A stretch of 64,000 nucleotides of DNA from Octopus sinensis (Eukaryota). A program made the position numbers and the translations under genes. Every line of letters starts with the position of its first letter. Position 1 is the stretch's first letter. The stretch lies in contig NC_043002.1 of NCBI RefSeq assembly GCF_006345805.1, positions 44,516,001 to 44,580,000 of the forward strand, read 5' to 3'. Shown in pieces: positions 28,226 to 40,129 of this stretch. The notes beneath the pieces are model-generated. The model ran no database searches. It had not been told where the DNA came from and was given only the letters and a program-made list of their open reading frames with translations.

Positions 28226-31200
28226 TTATTATTTTTTTTTTTTCTTCTTTCAAATTTTCTTCCATTTCTTGCCGAGTGTCTTCCCGACTCCTAGGGCAAA
28301 GAAACTCATAGTATACATTGGTAGGCCATTAAACCAAACTCAGTAGTTCGTTCATTTTTTTTTTTTAAAGTTAAATTAAAATACATGAGCAGCAACAGTT
28401 CTCACATCGACAATGCTCTTCTCAATACGTGTGATGTACCAGTTAAGACAATCTTTTGCACTTCTTGCAGGGATGGTAAGCCAGGGATCATAATTTTCGG
28501 TTCCCTTCTTGATCATTCCTAGTGCTCCTACGATCACTGGTATTGTAACCGCCTTGAGATGCCACATTTTCTCAATTTCAATGAGTAGGTCTTTATATTT
28601 TCTGAGCTTGTCAAACTCTTTCGCTGAGATATTAAGATCACAGGGTATGCTCATGTCGATCAATAAGCAAACTTTATTGTTTTGGTCTTTCACAACAATA
28701 TCTGGTTTATTGGCCTTGATGGTTCGGTCTGTATGTACTGGAAAGTCCCACAGAATGGTTACATTTTCTCCTTCAGTTACAGCTTGCGTATTTTTCTATC
28801 TATATTCTTTACTTCACTCATATTCCAGTTCAACACATTGTAGCTATAAGTAACAACTGGAACTGCTAAGGAATTTATAGCTAACACCTTGTTACGTGCA
28901 TTTAGTTCAGATTTCAGGACTGCACGAACTCTCCTATAACATTCCTTCCTGATTTTCTCTTTCATGCTTGCATGCTGAATACCAGAGCCTTCATTTATCC
29001 CTAAATATTTGTATGTCTGTTCTTGCTCAAGCTCTCTTATGACTGTGTCAACATCTAACACGACTGAATTTGTGGTCTTCACTTTCCCTTTCTGGAAAGT
29101 GGCCTTGGCACACTTCTCAAGTCCAAACTCCATCCCGATGTCATCGCTGAATGCTTTCACGGTGCGCAATAGGCCTTCAAGTTCATTATTGTATTTACCA
29201 TAAAGTTTTAAGTCATCCATATAAAATAGATGGCTTATTTTTTTATTGGCAATTTTATACCCATACCCTGTTCTGTTTAATTCACTTGTAAGGGGTATTA
29301 GGGCTATGCAGAATATTAAAGGTGAGAGTGAGTCACCTTGAAAAATTCCACAGTTGATGTTTATATTTTCTGAGGCAAGTACTCCATTAGAGTGGTATAA
29401 TTGGAGATTCGTATTCCACAACGACATATTGTGCTTCAGGAAGTTTGAAATCACAGGGGAAATTTTAAAGATGTCCAGCGATCTCAAGATCCATGGATGC
29501 GGTATACTGTCGAAGGCCTTTTTATAGTCAATCGATGCGGTGCTGAGATTTCTGCACTTGTTGTGACAGTTCTCAAGGATCATACGATTGATTAGCAGTT
29601 GATCTTTGCATCCGTAAGAGCCTCGGCGGTACCCTTTTTGTTCAATGGGGAAAATATCGTTCTTCTCCATGAATGCATATGTTTTCTCCGCCAGGATAGA
29701 TGTTAGGATTTTATACGTGGTGGATAGACAGGTTATAGGCCGATAGTTTTTTGGAAGGTTGGTTTCGTTATTCTTTGGGAGTAGGTAAGTAATGCCACTT
29801 GCTAACCATTCAGGTGTTTTCTTTGGGTCTCTCAAAATTCCATTGAGCAGCTGAACTAGCTTACCGTGTGCGCACGGGAGCGATGCGAGCCAGAAATTCG
29901 GCACCCTATCTTTACCGGGGGATTTCCAATTATGGGCCTTCGTGAGTGCCTTTCTTAGGTCTGCTATTGTGATGTCTTCCCATGCTTGTTGTTGTAAATT
30001 TTGGTAGGATCCTTCAGTTTGTATAATCCAGTCTGCATTTATGTTGTACGTCTTCTTGTCACTCCAAATCCTTTCCCAAAAGTTTTGAACTTCTTCCATG
30101 GGAGGGGGGTCTTTAACGGTTACTTTCTCCTTCCCTATTTCTCTGTAGAATTTTTTGGCATTGGATGTGAACAGCTTATTTTGCTTGTAAAACTTGTTTC
30201 TCTTCTCAAATCTTCGTATTCTTTGGGCTTTTGCTTGGACTTTTTGTTTCAGCGTTTCTTTTATTGATATCAGTTCTTCTCTTGGTGAGGATCCAAATTT
30301 TCTCTTCATCTTTCTTCCTGTTCTGGATCTTACATCATTTCCACATATTAGTTCATTTAATATTGATATTTCCCCTCTCATAAATTCAATCTCTTTTTCA
30401 ATTTTACTTCTCCAGGTTTGATTTCTTCCCAGGTTTTGTTTTCTTTGTTTTTTCGGGGGCATACAGCTGGTTTCAATTACCCTAGCAGAAGCGTAAATAA
30501 TTTCATTTAACTCAGTAAAATCAGGTTTTAATTCTCGTATTATTTCATTTGTTACATAGTTGCCAATTTGGATTTGTTTTTTATTTTGGTTTGTATTTGA
30601 GAGTTTATGAAGCGGTTCTCTATCATTCATACTTGTATGTCTTACAACTTCAAGCGTATTCAGGATTTTCTGCCTCATTTCTGCCATAGACTCTCTGTGT
30701 TCTTCAGCAAATGCGAGATCTTCAGTTACTGTTGTTTTTTCGTTTTCCTGGCTATCTTTAACAGGTACAATAGAATTTCTTGTATCTTCAGGCCTTTGCG
30801 TACTTTGGTCAGATGGCAGTCTTTCAATTAAGCCTCGTGGCGGGCTATACTGTTCATCTGATTCTTCATTTCCTTTGTGTCTTATATTTATGTCATTTTC
30901 CGTTGCGTGCTTGATCGCACTTATTTCACTGTCTGTGAGTCTGTTATTTCTAAAGATATCCCTGCTCACATTTGCTAATTTGTTCTCGTCCAAATAGAGC
31001 CTACTGTCTTGATTCCGTGTTCTCCATATACTGTAAGAGTTTGCGGTGTGTCTCTCTTGAGATGGCCTACCTAATGCATAGTAATAAGCGTATATTACTT
31101 CTTTATACTCTTCTCGGGTCCATTTGTTCCGCTTACATTTTTCTTTCTGTGGTGGTTGTGGTGGTGAACTTGGAGGGCTCGATTTGGGGGATTGCCCGTT

Positions 31201-31273
31201 CAAGTGACCATCCATGTCCGTATTCGGAGAAGAGTTTGTGCCAGTTGATGACTTTTCGATCCCAGGCTGGCTC

Positions 31274-31275
<2 letters not shown>
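28226..31275 (-). mobile_element. Young R4/Dong-like RLE retrotransposon, near-complete 5' end, internal deletion
   Basis: RT ORF, then RLE domain (ILWDF..TDRTIKANKPDIVV..LIDMSIP..K..KY), then 3' UTR CCTAGGAGTCGGGAAGACACTCGG and an A/(TAA)n tail. Confidence 0.92.
28777..31215 (-). CDS. R4/Dong-clade reverse transcriptase ORF (~812 aa from MDGHLN), truncated at the deletion junction
   Basis: Stop-free. Motifs NWKSPGKD, NYRPITCL, EQKGYR, IDYKKAFDS, GIFQGDSLSP, YMDD, YKYLG. Confidence 0.9.
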   Translation of the reverse strand: MDGHLNGQSPKSSPPSSPPQPPQKEKCKRNKWTREEYKEVIYAYYYALGRPSQERHTANSYSIWRTRNQDSRLYLDENKLANVSRDIFRNNRLTDSEISAIKHATENDINIRHKGNEESDEQYSPPRGLIERLPSDQSTQRPEDTRNSIVPVKDSQENEKTTVTEDLAFAEEHRESMAEMRQKILNTLEVVRHTSMNDREPLHKLSNTNQNKKQIQIGNYVTNEIIRELKPDFTELNEIIYASARVIETSCMPPKKQRKQNLGRNQTWRSKIEKEIEFMRGEISILNELICGNDVRSRTGRKMKRKFGSSPREELISIKETLKQKVQAKAQRIRRFEKRNKFYKQNKLFTSNAKKFYREIGKEKVTVKDPPPMEEVQNFWERIWSDKKTYNINADWIIQTEGSYQNLQQQAWEDITIADLRKALTKAHNWKSPGKDRVPNFWLASLPCAHGKLVQLLNGILRDPKKTPEWLASGITYLLPKNNETNLPKNYRPITCLSTTYKILTSILAEKTYAFMEKNDIFPIEQKGYRRGSYGCKDQLLINRMILENCHNKCRNLSTASIDYKKAFDSIPHPWILRSLDIFKISPVISNFLKHNMSLWNTNLQLYHSNGVLASENININCGIFQGDSLSPLIFCIALIPLTSELNRTGYGYKIANKKISHLFYMDDLKLYGKYNNELEGLLRTVKAFSDDIGMEFGLEKCAKATFQKGKVKTTNSVVLDVDTVIRELEQEQTYKYLGINEGSGIQHASMKEKIRKECYRRVRAVLKSELNARNKVLAINSLAVPVVTYSYNVLNWNMSEVKNIDRKIRKL

Positions 31276-31324
<49 letters not shown>

Positions 31325-31325
31325 C

Positions 31326-33411
31326 TATGTTTGACTTTTGCTTTATATTTGTACAAGTTGGCTCCAAGTCTCACCCAGAGACCTCAAGAGACAACAGGGT
31401 TGGAAGTTCATGTTGTTGTTATGCCTAGTGTGCCATATATTTGGGGGGTGGGGATGTTGTACTAATGAATGTCTAAAAAAAAAAAAAGTTTGTTTTTTTT
31501 CTTTTTAAACCGAAAATTATGGTTGTTTTAAACCATGAGGTTACATAGAGAGTATTTTGCGTAGGATATGAGCAGTTCCCATGAGCACTATCTTTTGAAC
31601 TTCTGCCATTTTTGGGTTTCCTGGTATCTGAGTTAGGTAGCTATCAGCCCCTTTTGCTATCATTCCCAGGGCACCTATGACAACAGGTATTGTTTTAGTC
31701 TTCAGCTTCCACATTTTGCTGATTTCTATTTCAAGATCTTTATATTTGCTCAGTTTTTGGTAGGTCCTGACAGATACGTTTATATCGATTGGGACAGTCA
31801 TATCAATGAGGAGGCATGTTCTTTGTTTGAAGTCTTTCAATATGATGTCTGGCCTATTTGCATCTATCTTCCTGTCAGTTTGAATGGTGAAGTTCCAGAG
31901 GAGTGAGATGTGGTCATTTTCAAGCACTGGGGGTGGTTTGTGTTCCCACCAGTTTTTTTCATGGGGCAAATCCAGGTTTTTACAGATTACCCAGTGAATA
32001 TATTGTGCAGCTCTATCGTGCCTGTTGAGATACTCTGTAGGCGCTAGAAGACTGCACTTGGAGACCACATGGTCAATGGTTTCATTTTGTTGCTTGCATA
32101 CACGACACGTTGGACTGCTTCTGATCTTTAATATGTTGGCCTGGTAGTTTCTTGTTGGTAGGCATTGATCTTGAGCTGCTATGATAAACCCCTCTGTTTC
32201 AGATTTTAAGCCAGAGGCCATTAGCCATTGATGGGTCAGGGCTTTGTCGATATCTGCATTATTCGCTCTCTTTGGGTATTTGCCATAGAGAGGTTTTTCT
32301 TGCTATTTATTATTCAGAATATCTGAGGCCGCAGTTTTGGCACGGGTTTTCATGCGCCTAGCTTTTTCTGTGCTTGTTTCTTGTATGTCTATCTCTAATT
32401 CCGAAATTGGCTGTATTCGGAATTCACTTAGATATTCCTTTGCCTGTTTTGTGACTGAGTATGATGCTTTCTTGTTTTCATGTTTTGAGACAAGTTTTAA
32501 CATCCAGTCCTCAGAGTTTTTCAGGTAGGTGTCTTGGCCAATTGTAGCAATCTTCATTGTTATTGCCAGTTGCAAAAGACCACGGCCTCCCTCTTTTCTT
32601 GGCAGATAGAGTCGTTCTGTATCTGCCTTAGGGTGGTGCATTCTATGCATTGTCAACAGTTTCCTTATTTTTCTGTCGAGCTGACATATTTCAGTAATTG
32701 ACCAGTTAACAATATTGAAACTGTAAGTCACGACTGGTATAGCTAATGCATTGATTGCTTCGATCCTGTTTCTTGCATTCAGCTCTGTCTTGAGTATTGC
32801 TCTCACTCTTCGATAGCATTCTCTCCTGATCCTTTCCTTCATCTCTGAATGCCTTATTCCGTTCCCTTCAATTACCCCTAGGTACTTGTAGCTCTCCGCT
32901 GGGTCTAGTTCTTTTATGACATTCTGTTGGTCAAGGTTAACGTTAGATGTTTCTGTCATTTTTCCTTTGATAAAGGTAGCCTTTGCACATTTATCGAGGC
33001 CGAATTGCATTCTGATGTCGTCACTGAATTATTTGACTATCGCTAGTAAGCCCTTGAGTTGTTGATCATTTTTTGCAAAAAGCTTTAAATCATACATGTA
33101 AACGAGATGATTTATATTTTTATCAAACATTTTATACCCGTACTGCGCGTCATTGAGCAGCTTTGAGAGAGGTATTAAGGATAAACAAAAGAGGAGTGGT
33201 GACAGTGAGTCACCCTGGAAAATGCCACACGAAATTTTTACATCACCAGCATTTAGGGATTCACTGTCACTGTTCAGAGTTAGTGTGGTTCTCCATGATC
33301 TCATAAGTTAGTGTGGTTCTCCATGATCTCATATTAGTGTGGTTCTCCATGATCTCATAAGTTAGTGTGGTTCTCCATGATCTCATATTATTGTGGTTCT
33401 CCATGATCTCA

Positions 33412-33413
<2 letters not shown>
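31326..33413 (-). mobile_element. 5'-truncated R4/Dong-like element, subfamily A
   Basis: One frame 33304 to 31541 with only two in-frame stops (33029, 32303). YMYD replaces YMDD. CCHC CRVCKQQNETIDHVVSKC; RPDII..LIDMTVP. 3' UTR GAGGTCTCTGGGTGAGACTTGGAGCC then (TAA)n. Confidence 0.93.
33279..33413. repeat. Five tandem copies of a 26/28-bp unit at the 5' junction
   Basis: ttagtgtggttctccatgatctcata x5, periods 28, 26, 28, 26. Confidence 0.95.
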
Positions 33414-33825
<412 letters not shown>

Positions 33826-33839
33826 AATATTATTATTAT

Positions 33840-34945
33840 GTTTTTTCCTTCTTTCTTCAAATTTTCTTCCGTTTCTCGCCGAGTGTTTTCCATACACCTA
33901 GGGCAGAGAAGCTCATTGTATGCATTCGCAGATTACACACGCAAATTCACAGATAAAATATGTATTTAAAAATTAATATATAAATAAATTCATGGATGGA
34001 TGTTGTTTTCACAGCGATAATGCTCTTCTCAGTACATGAGCCGTTCCAGTTAATACGATTTTTTGCACTTCCTGTAGGGATGGTAAGCCTGGAATCATTT
34101 TCAAATAGGTATCAGTACCTTTTTTATCATTCCTAGAGATCCTACAATCACTAGTACTGTAGTCGCCTTAAGATGCCACATTTTTTCAATTTCTATTAGC
34201 AAGTCTTTATATTTACTAATCTTGTCAAATTCTTTCGCCGCTATATTGTGATCGCAAGGGATACTCATGTCAATTAATAAACATATTTTTCGTCTGATCT
34301 TTTATAATAATATCCGGTTTATTAGCTTTTATAGTCTTATCGGTCTGTACGGGGAAATCCCATAGAATGGACACATTTTCTCCCTCAGTCACAGCTTCAG
34401 GATGGTATTTAAACCATTTGTCAGCGGTTTTGATTTTATAATACCGACATATTGTCCAATATAAATACTGGCCGACTCTGTCATGTCTTCCTTTATATTC
34501 TGCAGGTGCTAAGTCTTTACACCCTGAGATTAGGTGGTCTATTGTTTCAATCTCATCGTTACAGAATCGGCATTTTGGGTGAGCTCCATTTTTTATCACA
34601 TTGGCTTTGTAGTTCCGGGTTAATAAGCTTTGGTCTTGAGCAGCTAATATGAAACCTTCATTCTCTGCTTTTAGCCCCGAGTTTCGTAACCATTGGTGCG
34701 TGTGTTTCTGGTCGACATCAGCTTGTTTGCTACGGGCCACATACTTGCCATGCAGAGGTTTCTGTTCCCATCTGCTAAATAATTTTTCATGCGCTTTTGT
34801 CTTTGCAATAATTTTATTTTCTCAGTAGCTGCAGTTGGCGCATTTCCTTCAGCCTGATCAATCTGGTGGGTATCTAAGAGATCAGCAGCGAATTTTTTGC
34901 TCTCTTTGAGAATAGAGTGAAGTTTTTTCGGTCTTTCATCTATTT
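33840..34945 (-). mobile_element. 5'-truncated R4/Dong-like element, subfamily C
   Basis: ORF 34270-34740 with CRFCNDEIETIDHLISGC and ILWDFPVQTDK; 3' UTR homologous to 28240-28310. Confidence 0.88.
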
Positions 34946-34971
34946 CATTATTATTATTATTATTATTATTA

Positions 34972-35009
<38 letters not shown>

Positions 35010-35014
<5 letters not shown>

Positions 35015-35075
35015 TAGTTTTATTTTTATAGCGTGCTTTCACTTCACTACCGAGCGCAGCTCTGTGTGCCTTAGG

Positions 35076-35077
<2 letters not shown>
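35010..35077 (-). mobile_element. R4/Dong subfamily B 3' terminal stub between (TAA)n tracts
   Basis: Reverse complement of 54535-54597 (ggcacacagagctgtgctcggtagtg..actactgaataataat). Confidence 0.8.
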
Positions 35078-35117
<40 letters not shown>

Positions 35118-35140
35118 GATTATTATTATTATTATTATTA

Positions 35141-35185
<45 letters not shown>

Positions 35186-35204
35186 TATTATTATTATTAT
35201 TTTT

Positions 35205-35420
35205 ACTCAGGCAGCTAGCTGGCAGAATCGTTAGCACGTCGGTCGAAATGCTTAGCGGTAGTTCATCTGCGGTCACGTTCTGAATTCAAATTTTGCCGAG
35301 ATCGACTTTACCTCTCATACTTTCGGGGTTGATAAAATAAGTACCAGTTGAATATTGGAGTCGATGTAATCGACTTGTTCCCTTCCCTAGAATTTCATGT
35401 CTGTGCCTTTAGCACAAAGG
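35205..35420 (+). mobile_element. SINE family 1
   Basis: ggcagctagctggcagaatcgttagcac...gaattcaaattttgccgagatcgactt. Confidence 0.85.
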
Positions 35421-35450
35421 ATTACTACTACCACCACTACCACCACCACA

Positions 35451-35484
<34 letters not shown>

Positions 35485-35511
35485 AGGCTGTGAGCTGGCA
35501 GAATCGCTAGC

Positions 35512-37140
35512 AATTAAGATGTGCGATGTGCCCAATAAGGCTGCTTTTTGCAAGATATCAATCTTGCACGGGATTTCCAGTTGCCTTGAGAAGTCTTGAA
35601 GTTTCAACGGGATTGAGCCCAACACTCCGATCACCACTGGTATCACTTTTACATGACCCTCTCGCATTCCATATAGTCTTGCCATCTCCAATTTCAATTC
35701 GGTGTACTTGGTGATTTTTTCAATCTCTTTACTCACAATATTCATGTCATTTGGTATGGCTACATCAATGATCTGACAGTATTCGTTTCTTTTCTTCAAA
35801 TATTATTTGCCTCTCTTGTTCAATCTTGTACACGACCCGGCTGAAAATCATAGTCCCAGAGTATCATTACTTTTCCATCCTCCTACATAACTTTCCTTGG
35901 TGCATGCTCATACTAGTTATCTGTTACTTCACATTGGTATTTACGGCATAAGAGCCAATGAAGGTACACACAGACTTTATCGTGGCGGTGCTTGTATTCT
36001 TTTTGTGCAAGCCTCTTACATCCTTTTACCAAGTGGGTCACATTTTCCACACCCTATCTACAGAGTATGCATTTCTGGGTATCAGAAATTTCATAGACGT
36101 TATACTTCACTGACGTGGTAGTGTGAGCCTGATCTTGTGTAGCAATGATCAAGCTTTTAGTGGTACGATTCAAATCACCTTGCTCAAGCCCTGCCCACTA
36201 GCTGTGTTATCCTTAACGACCTATGTATTCCTTTCAAATTGTTCATGCACTCTTATTTCAAGAAGGTATTTTCTTCTCTCCTCAGCTCTTTGGTTAAATT
36301 CTTCCTTACTCATCATTTCCTCTGCATTTACACTCATATCTTACGTGGCATATTGCAGCAAGTCTTCATCACTATTTATCAAATACTCGGCAAGAGTTTT
36401 CCTTTCACTTCTTATACAATGGACTATACTATTCAGTCCTCTGTCACCATTATTCTTTTCATATACAGTCTGTTTACGTTCGCTTTAAGGTGTAGCGCCC
36501 TATGCAGCATTTTCAACTTTCTCGTCCTTCTATCCACTGTTGATATTTCTTCTTAGTCTACTTGAGAATGGACGCACTATATCTGCCTAGATATTCATTG
36601 TGGTAATCAAATTTGTGGCATTCAGATTGGATTTTAATACCATTTTCATCCATTTTTGATACGCCTCGCTGACCTTGACTTTCATTTCTCTGTGTAGAAT
36701 GTCATGAAGCTCCAAAAATCCTAAATCGGGTTCATCCATGGTCCCTCCTGATGGTAACCGGAATCTCTGCAGGCTACTTTCTTCCCTCTTTTCATATTAA
36801 GTACTGAGCATTTGGTGATCCCAAATTCCATACCGATGTCCCTACCACACTTCTGGGCTGTTTTGGTTAAGGAATCACTCTGTTTTTCAGATTTCCCAAA
36901 CAACTTCAGGGCATCTATAAACAGAAGATGATTCAATGATGGACCTTTCTTATCTTTCCTAAGTGTCATTTTTATGGGAATTAATTTAATTACAAATAGT
37001 AACGGAGAAAACGAGACACCTCGGAAGATACCCCTTTTGATATTAACTTCTCCATTACTTGAGTACAATTTGGTTTTCCACTCTTTCATGCTATGCATCA
37101 GAAAATTTGTGATATTGTCAACGATCCAAGAATGAGTCAA
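35512..37140 (-). mobile_element. Degraded R4/Dong-like element
   Basis: RT GIFRGVSFSPLLF..NHLLFIDALKL..GMEFG (36721-37140); RLE IIDVAIPND..K..KY..LQKAALLGTSHIL (35482-35799). Confidence 0.85.
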
Positions 37141-37159
37141 TCCAAGCCATAGAGATGTT

Positions 37160-37291
37160 TGTAATATACAGTTCTATATTTAAGAGATGAGGAATTATGT
37201 ACATTATTTACGTTACTTACATTCGACGGATATTTCTCCTCTTCTTCAGCTGTCTTGAGGAAATTTCGAAGGTATTTTTCGATGTTGTTGA

Positions 37292-37358
<67 letters not shown>

Positions 37359-38300
37359 GTTCAGATCACTGCGCCCTTAACCACTACGCCATATGCCCAT
37401 GGGCAATTCTGCAGTGAATTTTAAGGCTTATAAATCTAATATTTTGCTATCCTTCTTTAATACCGGTTCCCATATGCTGCTCATATCTGCACTCGGTCTG
37501 CTTATGAGGTTGTTGTGTCCTAGCATATGTGCTGCTTCTTTTAGTTTTCGTATTTTCCCGTGGTGTTCTCTGTCTATTGTTTTAACATTATCCCACAGGG
37601 GGAGGTGGTCTCCAGTTTTCCATACATGATCATCTATACCCAATTTTTCAATATCTCCTCATGTCACAGCTTTGCGAGGTTCGTCTACCCTTATTTTGAG
37701 GGGGCGGCATGTTTAGCCTTTGTATAACTTACCACAGCTGCATGGGATGGAGTACATGCAGTCTAGTCTTTGGTCATATTCTCTTCTATTGGTGGTATTA
37801 CTCGGAGATATTTGTGTTGTATTACTCTTGAATACTGTCCTGATATCATATGGACCGCATATCTTTTGTATCTTTTCGGAGAGGTCTTTCACACAGGGTA
37901 GACAGACTGATGTGGATAGTATACTTTTGGGTAGCTGTTGCTTAACAGATCGTTATTGAGTTTGATCATTCCATCGTGGTGTGTATCACGATCGCTACTT
38001 ATATTCTTTGCACGATATTTCAGGCACTGAGCAATCCCTCTTTATACAGTGTATGGATGATGGGAATTGAATTTGAAGTATCGTCCAGTAAAAGTCGGCT
38101 TGCGGTATACCGATGTTCTGAATCCATACTTAGTGCGTGTTATTAATACACCTGAATTGAAGTTGAGGTATCGTCCAGTAAAGGTCGGCTTGCGGTATAC
38201 GGATGTTCTGAATCCATACTTGGTGCGTATTATTAATCTTGTTATTAACAAGATGAGGACAAATATCTGTCAAATGTAAAATATGTAAATAACGTTTGTA
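37160..38300 (-). mobile_element. Penelope-like element, 5'-truncated, with inverted subterminal copy
   Basis: YRKPTFTGRYLNFNS (RT thumb); DHVWKTGDHLPLWD..IRKLKEAAH (GIY-YIG region); 38248-38300 is an inverted copy of the 3' subterminal sequence. Confidence 0.85.
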
Positions 38301-38900
38301 AGATGTTTTTAATAATGCCTCAAAGCTGTTTTATCGATAATCAGGTGATCCTTGGTACCCTGAGAACACTAACTACATCCATTTTGTTCCCTTGATAGTA
38401 TTTATTCCTGTGCCAGGAAAGTATGTCTTTGCCGCACATATTCCATGAGTACTTTCCAGATTATGTTTAGGCATGCTGTGGGACGGTAGTTTCCCATAAT
38501 ATTCCCTTTCTATCTTTCATTATAAGTGTTATCCTCCCAATCACGAACCACGCGGGGACTGTACCTTTCTGAACACATTCATTCGATCGGGCTGCTAATG
38601 TTCCTTTCAATGCGACGTTTCCGTCATGATTCTTCTCTTCCACCATTTTTGTTCTCTTACTTTGTAATTTCTCCTCAACAAGTAGTGCAATAACTCGGAG
38701 AAGATTCCTTATTTGTGTTATTTCCTCGGTCTCGATGTATGGTATGACAGTATTTAACTTCTGTGTTACTTTATTTATCATATTCCTATCTACCCTTCTC
38801 CCATTCATGGGTATTTTTTCTTCTGGATAATTCAAGTCGGTGAGTCGTCTTTAAATTTCAAGTAATTCATTATCTACTTGGTTCATTTCCCCCTGCATGT
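38300..38900 (-). mobile_element. R4/Dong-like N-terminal/RT remnant
   Basis: NTVIPYIETEEIT..NLL...; PAWFVIGRITLIMKD. Confidence 0.6.
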
Positions 38901-38949
38901 GCACCCACTACAGTATTATTATTATTATTATCATCATCATTTGGTAGTA

Positions 38950-39950
38950 TTATTTTTATCCCGTGCTTTATCTCACTGTGCTCTATCACACTACACTACC
39001 AAGCGCAGCTCTGTATGCCTTAGGTATGTGCTGTGATTTGTTGTAATGCTGTTATTGTTACTGTATAGAAAGTGTTTTACTTAGGATGTGCGTGGTGCTT
39101 AGTAGTGCTATTTTCTCTATGTTATATATATTTGTTAGCCCTTGTGTGTTTCTTATGTATTTGTCTTAATATTTTTTATCGTACCTAATGCGCCTAGTAT
39201 GATAGGAATTGTTTATGTTTTTTAGACTTCACATTCGAGTTACCTCTGTTTCCAGGTTTTTATATTTTGAAAGTTTCTCCATTTCTTTTAGAGAAACGTT
39301 GTCATCTGTTGATATTGATACATCGATTAGAAAGCATTGTTTTGTTGATGATCTCTGACAATTATATCCGGCAATTAGCCTTAATTTTCCTATCTGTGTG
39401 GTATGGTTGCTTTCTCATTTTCTGTGATATTTTCTGGTGTGTACCTATACCATCTTTTTCCTGTTGTTATTCTATAGTGTTGGAATAACGTCCGGGGTAT
39501 ATAAATCCCAACTCTGTCGTGCCTATGTATATATTCCTTCTTAGCCTGGAATGGGCAGCCAGAGACAATATGGTTTATTTTTCTTATCCATCTCCTCATA
39601 TTCTGCAGTTATTTGTTGCATTTCTTTTCATTATGTTTTTGGTAATTTCTGGTTGGGAGGCTTTTGTCTTGTGTTGAAATTAAAAATCCTTCGATTTCTA
39701 CTTTTAGTCCTGAGCTTCTCAGCCATTGTTCAGATTTCGTTTTGTCTATTTCTATCGCATTTAGTTTAACGCAGTATTTACCATGAAGGGGCTTTTCTTG
39801 CTATCATTTTATCATGGTCCGTTGCTGTTCCAGTTTTAGTTTAGATTTCAGTTGTTTCTTCTTTATCTTCATAGTTGTTAGTTTCTATGACTCCTTTTGT
39901 CAGCTTCCTTAAAGATTGAAAACAGTTTTTGTTTTGTTTTGTTCGTGTTT
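38950..39950 (-). mobile_element. Degraded R4/Dong subfamily B 3' half
   Basis: INHIVSGCP..KKEYIHRHDRVG; homologous to 53800-54597. Confidence 0.8.
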
Positions 39951-40129
39951 TGTGGTTATTTGTACTAGTTTTCTTTGATTCTAAAATAGGTATTTTAGTA
40001 GTCCTATTGTGGTTATTTTGTCATACATTTTAGCTGTGTAAGTCCTCTACCACCTTCGATACGTTGTATATAATAATTATTATTATTGTTGTTGTTGTTG
40101 TTGTTATTACTATTATTATTATCACCGTC

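Noticed and set aside
31230-31275. HDV-like ribozyme at the 5' end of the Dong-like element
   Set aside because: Only a GCCAG/CTGGC pairing was seen; I could not build the nested double pseudoknot by eye
31216-31374. N-terminal extension MRLGANLY...IIIII of the 865-aa ORF
   Set aside because: It starts at a GTG in the upstream element's 3' UTR and reads through the (TAA)n tail as poly-Ile; an artefact of tandem insertion
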